Below, one piece after another: positions 20,919-30,916 of a DNA stretch of 64,000 bases; position 1 is the first letter of the stretch, and the number at the start of each line of letters is the position of its first letter. Under the pieces are notes generated by a model. The model saw only the letters and a program-made list of their open reading frames with translations. It did no database searches and had not been told where the DNA came from. The stretch lies in sequence record SRR31156797_3857. One strand, given 5' to 3'. A program made the translations under genes and the position numbers.

Positions 20919-21284
20919 ATGAGAACGAACAAGTTAGCCTTTATTTCATTGATTGGCGTTATGCTCTTTCAAACCCCTGCATTTGCTATCCAAGAGAGCA
21001 CTTCAGGGGTCAACGCGAGTGGCAGTAATCAAATACAATCAATCAAAGCCGATACAGTAACGAGTGGTTTAGACCTTACGTCTATCACCACTTCGGCGGT
21101 TGCTGGCTATTTTAATCAACAAACCAGTCCTGATTATTGGCCAGATGCAGCCGTCGTAATCGCGGTATCTGCTGGCCTCCAATACACTATTGATACCCAA
21201 ACAGATTCCATCTCTGATCTAAAAGTTGTCCCTTATTTTTCTGGTACAGAAACTGGAATAGCAATTTCATTCACTTTTCAATAA
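20919..21284 (+). CDS. Exported hypothetical protein
   Basis: Signal peptide ending PAFA; C-terminal amphipathic strand TGIAISFTFQ. Confidence 0.7.
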   Translation: MRTNKLAFISLIGVMLFQTPAFAIQESTSGVNASGSNQIQSIKADTVTSGLDLTSITTSAVAGYFNQQTSPDYWPDAAVVIAVSAGLQYTIDTQTDSISDLKVVPYFSGTETGIAISFTFQ

Positions 21285-21554
21285 ACGTCATTTTCGCTTA
21301 CCCCTGCCTTTTCTTTGCTTACCAGCCTAATCCCACTCTGCTTTCACACAATAAATTAACATTTTTCAGATGATAATCATGCAAATGTCTTTGAGCTTTT
21401 CATGAAAAAAGCGACGTTAAAGGATTAATTGCTGGGGAAGCTGATCTTTTTTGAAATTTTCTGTTAACCACTGTTGTCAGCGCAATTTGAGAAAGGTATA
21501 AATACGATAATTTGATGAGTATTTCTTTCCACACTTCTAACACGGATGAGTATT

Positions 21555-22745
21555 ATGTTTGATAAAGTTGTTGCGGCTCCTGCCGACCCTATTCTCGGCT
21601 TAACTGAAGAGTTCAAAAGCGACTCTCGCCCTGAAAAAATCAACCTTGGCGTTGGTATTTACAAAGATGAGTCAGGCCAAACGCCGGTACTGGCAACAGT
21701 AAAAAAAGCAGAAGCTGCACTTCTTGAATCAGAAAAAACAAAATCTTACTTAACCATCGAAGGTACTGCTGAATACGGTTTAGCAGTACAAAAACTGCTA
21801 TTCGGTGCAGAGTCTGACATCGTGGCGAACAAACTGGCAAAAACAGCACAAGCTCCAGGTGGTACTGGTGCATTGCGTGTTGCAGCAGAATTCATTAAAC
21901 GCCAGTTGGGCGATGTAAAAGTTTGGATCAGTAATCCAACTTGGGCTAACCACAATGGTGTATTTTCTGCAGCAGGTTTGGAAATTGCTCAGTACTCTTA
22001 CTACAACGCCGAAGCGAAAGATAAAGACTTTGCCGCTATGGTTGCTGACTTAGAAAATGCAGCCGCTGGTGACGTTGTTCTTTTACACGGCTGCTGCCAC
22101 AACCCAACGGGTATTGACCCAACAGCCGAAGAATGGGAAACACTAGCGAAATTGGTTGCAGACAAAGGTCTTCTACCAATGTTCGACTTTGCTTACCAAG
22201 GTTTTGCAAAAGGTGTAGAAGAAGACGCAGCGGGTCTACGTATTTTCGCTCAATACAATAAAGAAATCTTAGTCGCGAGCTCGTTCTCGAAAAACTTTGG
22301 TTTGTACAATGAACGTGTTGGTGCATTTACTCTGGTTGCAGAATCAAGTGACGTAGCGACAACAGCATTCTCTCAAGTAAAAGCGATTATCCGCTCTATC
22401 TACTCTAACCCACCAGCACACGGCGCAGCAGTAGTAACGCACATTCTAAACAATGCTGAGCTTCGTGCTGAGTGGGAAGCGGAAGTAGCCGAAATGCGTG
22501 AACGTATCCAAGAGATGCGCGAACTGTTCGTTGCCACTCTTAAAGAGCAAGGCGTAACGGCAGACTTTAGCTTCATTGAGCGCCAAAACGGTATGTTCTC
22601 TTTCTCTGGCCTGAACAAAGAACAAGTTGCACGTCTAAAAGACGAGATGGGCATTTACATTGTCGGTTCTGGCCGTATCAGCGTAGCAGGCATGACGAAA
22701 TCAAACATGCTTCCACTATGCAAAGGTATCGCTGCGGTTCTTTAA
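21555..22745 (+). CDS. aspC: Aspartate/aromatic amino acid aminotransferase
   Basis: [25 protein letters not shown] and [14 protein letters not shown] motifs; alternative start at 21546. Confidence 0.93.
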   Translation: MFDKVVAAPADPILGLTEEFKSDSRPEKINLGVGIYKDESGQTPVLATVKKAEAALLESEKTKSYLTIEGTAEYGLAVQKLLFGAESDIVANKLAKTAQAPGGTGALRVAAEFIKRQLGDVKVWISNPTWANHNGVFSAAGLEIAQYSYYNAEAKDKDFAAMVADLENAAAGDVVLLHGCCHNPTGIDPTAEEWETLAKLVADKGLLPMFDFAYQGFAKGVEEDAAGLRIFAQYNKEILVASSFSKNFGLYNERVGAFTLVAESSDVATTAFSQVKAIIRSIYSNPPAHGAAVVTHILNNAELRAEWEAEVAEMRERIQEMRELFVATLKEQGVTADFSFIERQNGMFSFSGLNKEQVARLKDEMGIYIVGSGRISVAGMTKSNMLPLCKGIAAVL

Positions 22746-22763
22746 GTTAACCTACGATAATAG

Positions 22764-22790
22764 AAAGCCGACTGTTCAGTCGGCTTTTTT
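22764..22790 (+). terminator. Terminator after aspC (probably bidirectional)
   Basis: AAAGCCGACTG/CAGTCGGCTTT stem plus T tract. Confidence 0.85.
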
Positions 22791-22814
22791 GGTTTTACTG
22801 GCTACATGATTACG

Positions 22815-23423
22815 TTAGTAGTTAAATCGCGCCATTATCCCACCTTCACGCACAGAGATATTATGCTCGGCATCTCGGTAAGAAACAAAGCCACCTAAAG
22901 AAAACTTTGGATAGAAATAATAATCACCGCTGACGGTGATGACGTTTTCATCCAACCATTTGTTTCTTATTGCTTCGGCAAAAATGGAAGTCTCAAACTT
23001 CTCCGTCACTGCATAGCGTAAGCCGATGTCAGCACTGTAAACAAAATCGGTTTCCTTATTAATTGCTTCTATTCTTAATGCACCGACTTTACCTCTTGCT
23101 ACCAAATCAAGCTTATCCGCCAACAACCAGCGATAGCCCAATCCCACTCTTAACAAATAGTGGTCAACGGTATAACTATCAAAATGAACGAAACGAGAGC
23201 CATAATCAGCACTCAACAGCAAATCACTATTTTCGAACTTATGTTGGATCCCTAATTCGACAGCAGTAACGTTATCCCCATCACTGGAATCGCTGCGATA
23301 AGAACCAGAATTGACACCGCCATACACGTAGTCATATTGTAACGGCGTAACTTCATTGAGTTGATGTGCATAGGAATAAGAAGACACTAACAACGGCGCA
23401 AAGAGCACAACCCACAGTTTCAT
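22815..23423 (-). CDS. Outer membrane beta-barrel protein
   Basis: GGAGGAG RBS before ATG at 23423; signal peptide; alternating aromatic strands; C-terminal RFNY. Confidence 0.8.
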   Translation of the reverse strand: MKLWVVLFAPLLVSSYSYAHQLNEVTPLQYDYVYGGVNSGSYRSDSSDGDNVTAVELGIQHKFENSDLLLSADYGSRFVHFDSYTVDHYLLRVGLGYRWLLADKLDLVARGKVGALRIEAINKETDFVYSADIGLRYAVTEKFETSIFAEAIRNKWLDENVITVSGDYYFYPKFSLGGFVSYRDAEHNISVREGGIMARFNY

Positions 23424-23601
23424 CAACGACTCCTCCAAAATTAACAACTTGGTTACGTTTATCTTAGCCGAAAATGACAAAACATTTTGAGAGATACTCT
23501 GAGATTCTGCGCAACGGGTTAAAGTCGTGTACAATTTACATTTTCCAGTTTTACCAACCCTTTATGTACCGTTGGGTATATAAAATGATCAAGGAGCCTA
23601 T

Positions 23602-25488
23602 ATGGAAGCCGAGCTATCAGAAATGAAAAATTTTCTTAGCCAATATCTCCCTTTCTCCGAACTTCCAGAAGAGACATTGGAGCACATCGCTCACCATATA
23701 GAGATAGCGTATTATCGTCAGGGAACCCCTATCATCCACCTTGGTGACCATATTCAAGATCTCTATATCATTCGCAGTGGCACCGCCGAGGTTTACCGCA
23801 GAAAAGGGGAACTTTACAATCGCTTAACCGAAGGTGGTGTGTTTGGCCAAATGGGCCTTCTTACGCACAACAAAGTACTCTTTCCCGTCACGGCGATTGA
23901 AGACACACTTGTCTACTGTGTTCCAGAACAAATTTTTCAACAGTTATATGAAGAGCATGATGCTTTCGCCGACTTTGTTGAAGTAGAAGATAATGCACGT
24001 CTACGTCAGGCGGTTTCAAACAGCTCCGAGCAAAATGACCTCACTACATCCAAAGTTAAACATATCTTAGCCGGTGAGGCGCCATTTGTTTATAAAGATG
24101 CCACTGTGCAAGAAGCGGCAATTAAGATGAGTGAAGAAAACATCTCCTCTCTGCTGATTGTTAACCCAGAAATACTCGACGAGAATGAAGACGATCAAAG
24201 TTCTGTAATTGGCATTATTACTGAGCAAGATTTGTGTCGCAGAGTGCTCGCTACCGGTGTCGATTCTACATCACCACTGGCGGATGTCATGACAAGCGAA
24301 GTGATGTTTTTGGATCACAACGCCTATGTCTATGAAGCCATGCTAACCATGCTTCGTTACAACGTGCACCATCTTCCTGTTTTGAAAGACAAAAAGCCGA
24401 TTGGTATTTTGGATATCACTGATATCGTTCGCTACGAATCGCAAAACTCTCTGCTACTGGTTAGTAGTATTTTCCAGCAAAACAGTGTTGATGATTTGGT
24501 GACTCTGGCTAAGCAAGTCAAAGACAGTTTTGTTCGGCTGGTTAACGAAGACGCTAACTCACACATGGTAGGCACTGCCATGTCTACCATTGGCCGTAGC
24601 TTTAAACAACGTATTCTGGAACTTGCCGAAGAGACTTTCGGCCCTCCACCTATCCCCTATTGCTTTCTCGCCTTAGGTTCTATGGGTCGCGACGAACAAC
24701 TGGTGGTCACCGATCAGGATAACGCGATTATTCTGGATGACAGCTATGACGAAAATGAACATGGTGAGTACTTCGCTAGCTTAGCCAAATTCACCTGTGA
24801 TGCACTCGACCAATGCGGTTATAGCTATTGCACCGGTGACATTATGGCGACCAACCCAATGTGGCGTATGACGCGAAAAGAGTGGGAAGAGTGTTTTGCC
24901 GACTGGATTGATGATCCCAATCCTAAAGCACTGTTAAATGCCTCTATTTTCTTCGATTTAGATGGTGTGTATGGCCGTTTGAAATGGGCGGAAATGCTTA
25001 ATGGCTTTATTATAAGGCGCGCAAGGAGAAACAACCGTTTCTTAGCTTGTTTAGCTCGCAATGCTTTAAATCGCACCCCACCACTTGGGTTCTTTAAAGA
25101 TTTCGTGATGGAGAAAGACGGACGTCACAACAACTCGATTAACTTAAAGCGCCGAGGCACAGCACCACTTGCTGACCTTATTCGTGTCCATGCCCTAGCG
25201 GTGGGATCTCGAGCGAAAAACTCGTTTGAACGCTTAGATGACATTATCGATGCAGGGATACTTCCCAAAGGTAAAGGGGAAGACCTACGTGATGCGTTAG
25301 AGTTTATCTCTATGGTTCGAATTCGCCACCAAGCTTTTGATGTCGAAAACGACATCGAAGCTGACAACAACATCGAGCCAGAACACTTGTCTGACTTTGA
25401 AAGACGCAATCTAAAAGACGCGTTCCAGATTTTAAGTAACGCTCAGAATTTCTTGAAGTATCGCTATCAAGGCAACAAGTTTAAGTAA
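23602..25488 (+). CDS. cNMP-binding + CBS pair + DUF294 nucleotidyltransferase-like protein
   Basis: cNMP motif (LYIIRSG..FGQ), two CBS repeats, GSMGRDEQ..TDQDN, and C-terminal LK..G..P. Confidence 0.9.
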   Translation: MEAELSEMKNFLSQYLPFSELPEETLEHIAHHIEIAYYRQGTPIIHLGDHIQDLYIIRSGTAEVYRRKGELYNRLTEGGVFGQMGLLTHNKVLFPVTAIEDTLVYCVPEQIFQQLYEEHDAFADFVEVEDNARLRQAVSNSSEQNDLTTSKVKHILAGEAPFVYKDATVQEAAIKMSEENISSLLIVNPEILDENEDDQSSVIGIITEQDLCRRVLATGVDSTSPLADVMTSEVMFLDHNAYVYEAMLTMLRYNVHHLPVLKDKKPIGILDITDIVRYESQNSLLLVSSIFQQNSVDDLVTLAKQVKDSFVRLVNEDANSHMVGTAMSTIGRSFKQRILELAEETFGPPPIPYCFLALGSMGRDEQLVVTDQDNAIILDDSYDENEHGEYFASLAKFTCDALDQCGYSYCTGDIMATNPMWRMTRKEWEECFADWIDDPNPKALLNASIFFDLDGVYGRLKWAEMLNGFIIRRARRNNRFLACLARNALNRTPPLGFFKDFVMEKDGRHNNSINLKRRGTAPLADLIRVHALAVGSRAKNSFERLDDIIDAGILPKGKGEDLRDALEFISMVRIRHQAFDVENDIEADNNIEPEHLSDFERRNLKDAFQILSNAQNFLKYRYQGNKFK

Positions 25489-25489
25489 G

Positions 25490-26212
25490 GTGGTTATGAA
25501 ACGTTTATTTCAGGCGCCCAGCATTAACTGGCCCTTCAAGTATCAACAAAAACAGGACAAGGTAGAGCACCCTTTTCTCAAGAGCTTCTACCAAGCTCCG
25601 CTTTGCGATGGCACAACGCCAGTGGGTGATATTGAGTTCGTTGCAATGGATTTTGAGACCACGGGGCTTGATTCTGAATCAGACGAAATCATTACCATTG
25701 GTATCGTCCCGTTTACGCTCAATAGAGTCTATTTGAATCGTGCTAAACATTGGACAGTACGCCCAAGACAGAAGCTAGATGAAAACTCTGTTGTTATTCA
25801 TGGCATCACTCACAGCGATATTATGGATGCACCCGATCTATCAGAGATCATAGAAGAAGTTCTGCAACACCTGTCAGGAAAAATCATGGTTGTGCACTAC
25901 CGAACGATAGAACGGGAATTTTTCGACCAAGCGTTGAAACGCCGAATCGGTGAAGGCATTGAATTTCCAGTTGTAGATACGATGGACATTGAGTCAACAA
26001 TCCAAAAGAGAGTCACCCATGGTCTATGGAATAAGTTAAAAGGTAAAAAACCCGAGTCGGTTCGTTTAGGTCAGTCTCGTCTGCGTTATGGATTACCCGC
26101 TTATACTCCTCACCATGCTTTAACGGATGCCATTGCTACCGCTGAACTGTTTCAAGCCCAAATCGCTCATCATTTCGATAGACAAATCAGCGTGAGTACT
26201 TTGTGGAAATAG
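25490..26212 (+). CDS. DEDDh 3'-5' exonuclease (DnaQ-like)
   Basis: DFETTGL, IHGIT and HHALTDA motifs; abuts the DUF294 gene. Confidence 0.88.
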   Translation: MVMKRLFQAPSINWPFKYQQKQDKVEHPFLKSFYQAPLCDGTTPVGDIEFVAMDFETTGLDSESDEIITIGIVPFTLNRVYLNRAKHWTVRPRQKLDENSVVIHGITHSDIMDAPDLSEIIEEVLQHLSGKIMVVHYRTIEREFFDQALKRRIGEGIEFPVVDTMDIESTIQKRVTHGLWNKLKGKKPESVRLGQSRLRYGLPAYTPHHALTDAIATAELFQAQIAHHFDRQISVSTLWK

Positions 26213-26248
26213 TCGCGTAAAAGGTCAACAGCCCATAGTAACAAGCAC

Positions 26249-26277
26249 AAAAAAGCCGACATTTTCATGTCGGCTTT
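26249..26277. terminator. Terminator between convergent exonuclease and BCCT genes
   Basis: AAAGCCGACAT/ATGTCGGCTTT stem with flanking A tract. Confidence 0.85.
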
Positions 26278-26305
26278 CTATTAAATATTCATCGTTAACG
26301 TCCCG

Positions 26306-27883
26306 TTAGCGATTGAACTTCTCAGTACGTAAACCCATGACCAGGCTCACACACATCAATAGTAGAACGAAGGTAAATGGTAAGGCTGTTGAGATTGCCC
26401 CCGCTTGCAATGCTTGTACGGCTTCTGTACCGCCAATCCACAATAGAGCAATAGCGATCAAACCTTCCATCATCGCCCAGAAAACACGCTGAGGAACTGG
26501 TGAATCTAACTTACCACCCGCAGTAATACTGTCGATAACGAGAGAACCCGAATCTGAAGATGTAATAAAGAACACCAACACTAATACTATCGCGATAATA
26601 GATAGTCCAACACCAAACGGTAAGCTATCAAACATCTGGAACATCGCCAGTGACACGTCAGTTAAACCATGAGAACCAAGCTCACCCACTTTATCGACAA
26701 CCTGCTCGATAGCCAAACCACCAAACACAGACATCCAAATCAAAGTAACAACCGTAGGAACAATCAATACAGCAGTGATGAATTCACGGATAGTACGACC
26801 TTTAGATACACGTGCGATGAACATACCTACGAATGGTGACCATGAAATCCACCAAGCCCAGTAGAATACAGTCCAGCCTTGGAACCAAGCTTCATCATTA
26901 CGACCATGAGGGTTACTCAGTGGAATAATATTCTCAACGTATGACATAAAAGTGGTCGGGATCGAACCAAATGTCACTGCGTAACCAATTAACGCCACTA
27001 GGACCAACAGCAAGAACGCAACAACCATGTTGACGTTGGAGATAACTTTAACACCACCATCAATACCGCGGATAACCGAGATAGTCGCGAGTAAAGTTAC
27101 AACAGCGATAACCGTAACTTGAAGGCCGATGCCAGCGTCAATACCAAATACGTGATGAATACCACTCGCTGCTTGTTGTGCACCAAGACCTAAAGAAGTC
27201 GCAAGACCAAACAAGGTCGCAATAACGGCTAAGATATCAACAATATGCCCAGCCCAACCCCAAGCGCGATCACCAAGAATTGGATAAAAGATAGAGCGAA
27301 TCGAAAGTGGTAGACCTTTGTTGTAGCAGAAAAACGCCAGTGACAGTGCCACTACAGCATAAATCGCCCATGGATGAAGTCCCCAGTGGAACATGGTCGC
27401 ACCTAGAGCCAGTTTTGCTGCCTCAGCACTGTTAGCTTCAACACCCAGTGGCGTTTCGTACCAACCGGTAAAGTAAGCGACTGGCTCAGCAACACTCCAG
27501 AACATCAGACCGATACCCATACCGGCTGCGAACAACATCGAGAGCCATGAGATAAAGGAGTGATCGGCCACTGCATCATCGCCGCCTAAACGGATTTTAC
27601 CAAAGGGAGAAACAACTAGGGCTAAACAGAAAAGTACAAAAATGTTACCCGACCAAATAAATAGCCAATCAAATCCTCCGATGATTTGCCATTTTAATCC
27701 ATCTAATGCCGATTTAGCCGTATCCGCGTCGACAATCAAAATTGTCAGTAGAAACAGCAAAATTAAACTGGCGCTAATACCAAATACAGAGTTGTGGACG
27801 TCAAAACCCCACTTCTGTATGTTGTCTTGACCTACAGTATAGTCGGTACTGTCTATACTGTATTTATCAATACCTTTTGTCAT
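26306..27883 (-). CDS. BCCT family compatible-solute transporter
   Basis: WLSMLFAAGMGIGL, FHWGLHPWAIY and WTVFYWAWWISWSPFVGMFIAR motifs. Confidence 0.95.
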   Translation of the reverse strand: MTKGIDKYSIDSTDYTVGQDNIQKWGFDVHNSVFGISASLILLFLLTILIVDADTAKSALDGLKWQIIGGFDWLFIWSGNIFVLFCLALVVSPFGKIRLGGDDAVADHSFISWLSMLFAAGMGIGLMFWSVAEPVAYFTGWYETPLGVEANSAEAAKLALGATMFHWGLHPWAIYAVVALSLAFFCYNKGLPLSIRSIFYPILGDRAWGWAGHIVDILAVIATLFGLATSLGLGAQQAASGIHHVFGIDAGIGLQVTVIAVVTLLATISVIRGIDGGVKVISNVNMVVAFLLLVLVALIGYAVTFGSIPTTFMSYVENIIPLSNPHGRNDEAWFQGWTVFYWAWWISWSPFVGMFIARVSKGRTIREFITAVLIVPTVVTLIWMSVFGGLAIEQVVDKVGELGSHGLTDVSLAMFQMFDSLPFGVGLSIIAIVLVLVFFITSSDSGSLVIDSITAGGKLDSPVPQRVFWAMMEGLIAIALLWIGGTEAVQALQAGAISTALPFTFVLLLMCVSLVMGLRTEKFNR

Positions 27884-28177
27884 TTGTCCTCTCTTTGAAT
27901 CATTCTAGATTGAACTCAGCTAATCACGAGTAGGGAGTAAATTCCATTAACATTACAAAAATTACTTCGTGCTCATAACTATTAACTTCATAATTATCAT
28001 CATTCATTGTACACAGGTCACACTTAAGATCCACAACTTGCTCATAAAACATACAAAATTCATAAAGAAAGTAAATCAACCGTTCAATTAAAAGCCAATA
28101 AAACAAAAAAATTAATTTGTGCACGAAACAATAATTGTTTTTAGTTATAAGTTTCTGTTTATTTATATCACTAAAAG

Positions 28178-28189
28178 TATGACATCTAA
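28178..28189. promoter_or_regulatory. Possible CosR operator
   Basis: TATGACATCTAA is close to the TTTGA-NN-TCTAA site I recall for CosR; it lies between the divergent BCCT and cosR genes. Confidence 0.35.
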
Positions 28190-28260
28190 GCTTTTCAACA
28201 CCTCTTAAGTGAGGTATGGTCGCGTTTCAAAACATCATCACGTTTTCTGGATAGCTGAAA

Positions 28261-28740
28261 GTGGAAAAACATGAAGAAGTTCTGGTCGCAATTCGCCAGA
28301 TTATCCGAGCCATTGACCTACACTCTAAGAAGCTTAGCAAAAGTGCGGGGCTTACGGGTCCACAATTGATTTTAATGCGTGCAATTAGAGAGTTGGGTGA
28401 AGTCACCATTCGCGAACTGTCTAAACATACCAACATGAGTCAGGCCACGGCAACAACAATTTTAGACCGTCTTGAACGAAACGGGTACGCGCAACGTGTC
28501 CGTAGTGTTACCGATAAACGTAAAGTGCACGCCCACCTTACAGAAGAAGGTAACAAGTTGCTCGATCAAGCCCCTGCTCCGCTGCAAGAAAGCTTTGTAC
28601 AAAGGTTCCAGAAACTCGAAGACTGGGAGCAAAGCCTACTTTTATCGTCGGTACAAAGGTTGTCTTCGATGATGAATGCCGAGAATATCGATGTGGCGCC
28701 TCTGCTGGAAATTGGCAGTATAACGCAGCCAGAACAATAG
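28261..28740 (+). CDS. cosR: MarR family osmoregulator (CosR/EctR-like)
   Basis: IRQIIRAIDLHSKKL, GLTGPQL, DKRK and APAPLQ motifs; divergent from a BCCT gene as for Vibrio cosR. Confidence 0.8.
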   Translation: MEKHEEVLVAIRQIIRAIDLHSKKLSKSAGLTGPQLILMRAIRELGEVTIRELSKHTNMSQATATTILDRLERNGYAQRVRSVTDKRKVHAHLTEEGNKLLDQAPAPLQESFVQRFQKLEDWEQSLLLSSVQRLSSMMNAENIDVAPLLEIGSITQPEQ

Positions 28741-28751
28741 GTTTCTAAAAG

Positions 28752-28778
28752 AAAAGGTTGGGTATACCCAACCTTTTT
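28752..28778. terminator. Bidirectional terminator
   Basis: AAAAGGTTGGGTA/TACCCAACCTTTT inverted repeat between convergent genes. Confidence 0.8.
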
Positions 28779-28823
28779 ATGTCCTCGTTAAATGCTCATC
28801 CCCGCTGTAAAAACCTTTGCAGA

Positions 28824-29462
28824 TTACTCCAGTAAACCATGCTGAACCGCATACTTAGCAAGCTCAGCTGTAGAATGAATATCAAGTTTATGTTTGATGT
28901 TCTGGCGGTGGGTTTCAACCGTGCGATAGCTAATATTTAACAGGGATGCAATCTTCTTACTGCTGCAACCTTGGGCCACCAGCTTTAGTACAGCTTGTTC
29001 TCGACGACTTAATGGGTTTGGCTTGTGTTCGGCTGGGGCAATTTCTTGAGTAAACAGCGTCTGAGTGACAGATTCACAAAAATAAGTCGAACCTTGATTC
29101 ACCGTTTTGATGGCCTGAACCATTTTTTCGGCTGAAATTTCTTTAAGCATGTAGCCGACCGCGCCAGCTTGCATCACTTTCATTATGTATTCACGATTGT
29201 CATGCATCGTCAGCATTAGCACTTTTGCTTCTGGGACTTCTTCCTTAATTAAACGGGTCGCATCAATACCATTCATAATCGGCATGCTGACGTCCATCAG
29301 GATCACATCCGGTGTATACTGCTTTACCACATCTATAGCTTCTAAGCCGTTGCTGGCCGTCGCGACAACTTCGATTTCAGGCTCCAGCTCTAAACGCGCC
29401 ATAAAGCCTTCGAGTACAACCTGATGATCATCAACGATGACAACGCTAATTGGCTTTTCCAT
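28824..29462 (-). CDS. NarL/LuxR family response regulator
   Basis: VDDH, D.SMP, GYMLK receiver motifs; LS.RE..VL and TVETHR HTH. Confidence 0.95.
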   Translation of the reverse strand: MEKPISVVIVDDHQVVLEGFMARLELEPEIEVVATASNGLEAIDVVKQYTPDVILMDVSMPIMNGIDATRLIKEEVPEAKVLMLTMHDNREYIMKVMQAGAVGYMLKEISAEKMVQAIKTVNQGSTYFCESVTQTLFTQEIAPAEHKPNPLSRREQAVLKLVAQGCSSKKIASLLNISYRTVETHRQNIKHKLDIHSTAELAKYAVQHGLLE

Positions 29463-30810
29463 ACACTAACCCATCCAGTTTTAATAACACGGTGATTTCC
29501 GTACCAAATCCAGCTTCACTCATCAGCTCAAACTCACCGCCGATAAACTCCACCCTTTCCCGCATATTTCTCAAGCCAATACCACGTTTATTGACCGCAT
29601 CTTTTTCGTTGAAGCCAACACCATCATCGCGAATCATCAGCTGTAGCATATTATCTATTTGATGAACAATAACCGTTACCTTCTTGGCCTGAGCGTGCTT
29701 TCTTATATTGTTTAACGACTCTTGTACAACTCGGTACAAGGTTGTCGCCACTTCAGATTTCAGCCTTACTGGCTGAGTATCAAACAGAGTTTCAGTATGA
29801 ATGTTTGAGTGCGCCTGAAAGTCCTCTAGCAACGTCACTAACGCGGCTTGTAAACCGATATCATCTAACGCGCTCGGACGTAAGTTATGGGAAATTCTTC
29901 TCACTTCATTAATGGCAGTCATCAACGACTGCTGAGCTTTATCGACATGAATCGAAAGCACATCGCCCTTAAGCTTATGGTCCAACAGTTCCAGATGGCA
30001 TTTACTTGAAACCAAGAGTTGATTAATGCCGTCGTGAAGCTCTCGTGCCAAATGTTTTTTTTCATCTTCTTGGAACATTACGGTCTTATGTGCCAACTCT
30101 TTTAGGTTCTTGTCTGCCAAACGATGCTCATGAAGGTTTATCGCCAGAGTCAATACGATGATGACCGCGACGGTCACCGCCAATATCACAATCACAGAGA
30201 AAAAGGTTGTCTCGATATTTTGGTTTATCGCCGCCTGCATCGCAGCAACTTCTTGTTTGACATCTTCAATATAAAGCCCGGTACCTACCATCCACTGCCA
30301 CTCATCTAGCCAAGCGACATAACTGAGTTTAGGAACAATTTCTTGCGTAGAGGGTTTCTGCCACAAATATTGATGAAAACCGCCTCCGGACTGCGCTTGA
30401 AACAATAATGCCTCAATCAAGTAGTCGCCCTCTTTGTCTTGAAGACGGAGTAAGTTCTGTCCTATCAGTTCCGGCTGTACCGGATGAACCAAATTGACAC
30501 CCTGACCATTGTAAGCAAAAAAATACCCATCTGAACCGTAACGCAGTTTGGTGAGTATTGCTTTCACCTCTTCCTGTGCCTGCGATTTACTAATGCTATG
30601 GTTATTATAGATGTGCGAGATAGAATCGAGTGCGAGATCAACGCTATCTTTTAGTGCTGTCTCTCTGGCTTTGATCAAATTGATGCGGAAAATTTCAACT
30701 TCTCTCTGGCCAAGCGTTTTGGCTTGATGAATCGAGATCCAACTAATACTCACCGTCACTAACAGCAATGGTAACAGGGTTAATAATATTAGTTTGGCTT
30801 TAAGAGGCAT
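29446..30810 (-). CDS. Single-Cache sensor histidine kinase (HisKA_3)
   Basis: YFFAY..HP..YLWQKP..KLSY..W.VGTG sensor; ARELHDG; QESLNNIRKHA; DDGVGF. Alternative start at 30822. Confidence 0.93.
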   Translation of the reverse strand: MPLKAKLILLTLLPLLLVTVSISWISIHQAKTLGQREVEIFRINLIKARETALKDSVDLALDSISHIYNNHSISKSQAQEEVKAILTKLRYGSDGYFFAYNGQGVNLVHPVQPELIGQNLLRLQDKEGDYLIEALLFQAQSGGGFHQYLWQKPSTQEIVPKLSYVAWLDEWQWMVGTGLYIEDVKQEVAAMQAAINQNIETTFFSVIVILAVTVAVIIVLTLAINLHEHRLADKNLKELAHKTVMFQEDEKKHLARELHDGINQLLVSSKCHLELLDHKLKGDVLSIHVDKAQQSLMTAINEVRRISHNLRPSALDDIGLQAALVTLLEDFQAHSNIHTETLFDTQPVRLKSEVATTLYRVVQESLNNIRKHAQAKKVTVIVHQIDNMLQLMIRDDGVGFNEKDAVNKRGIGLRNMRERVEFIGGEFELMSEAGFGTEITVLLKLDGLVYGKAN

Positions 30811-30916
30811 TCCTTTCCCCAATAAAAAACAGCTTACTGAACGTCAGCAAGCTGTTTGGTATTTTAACAAGTTGTTTACTGCTCACGAATTAATAAGTGC
30901 ACAATCAAGAATTTGA

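Noticed and set aside
27924-28124. 66-aa ORF between BCCT and cosR
   Set aside because: Lies in an AT-rich divergent promoter region; no RBS; atypical composition
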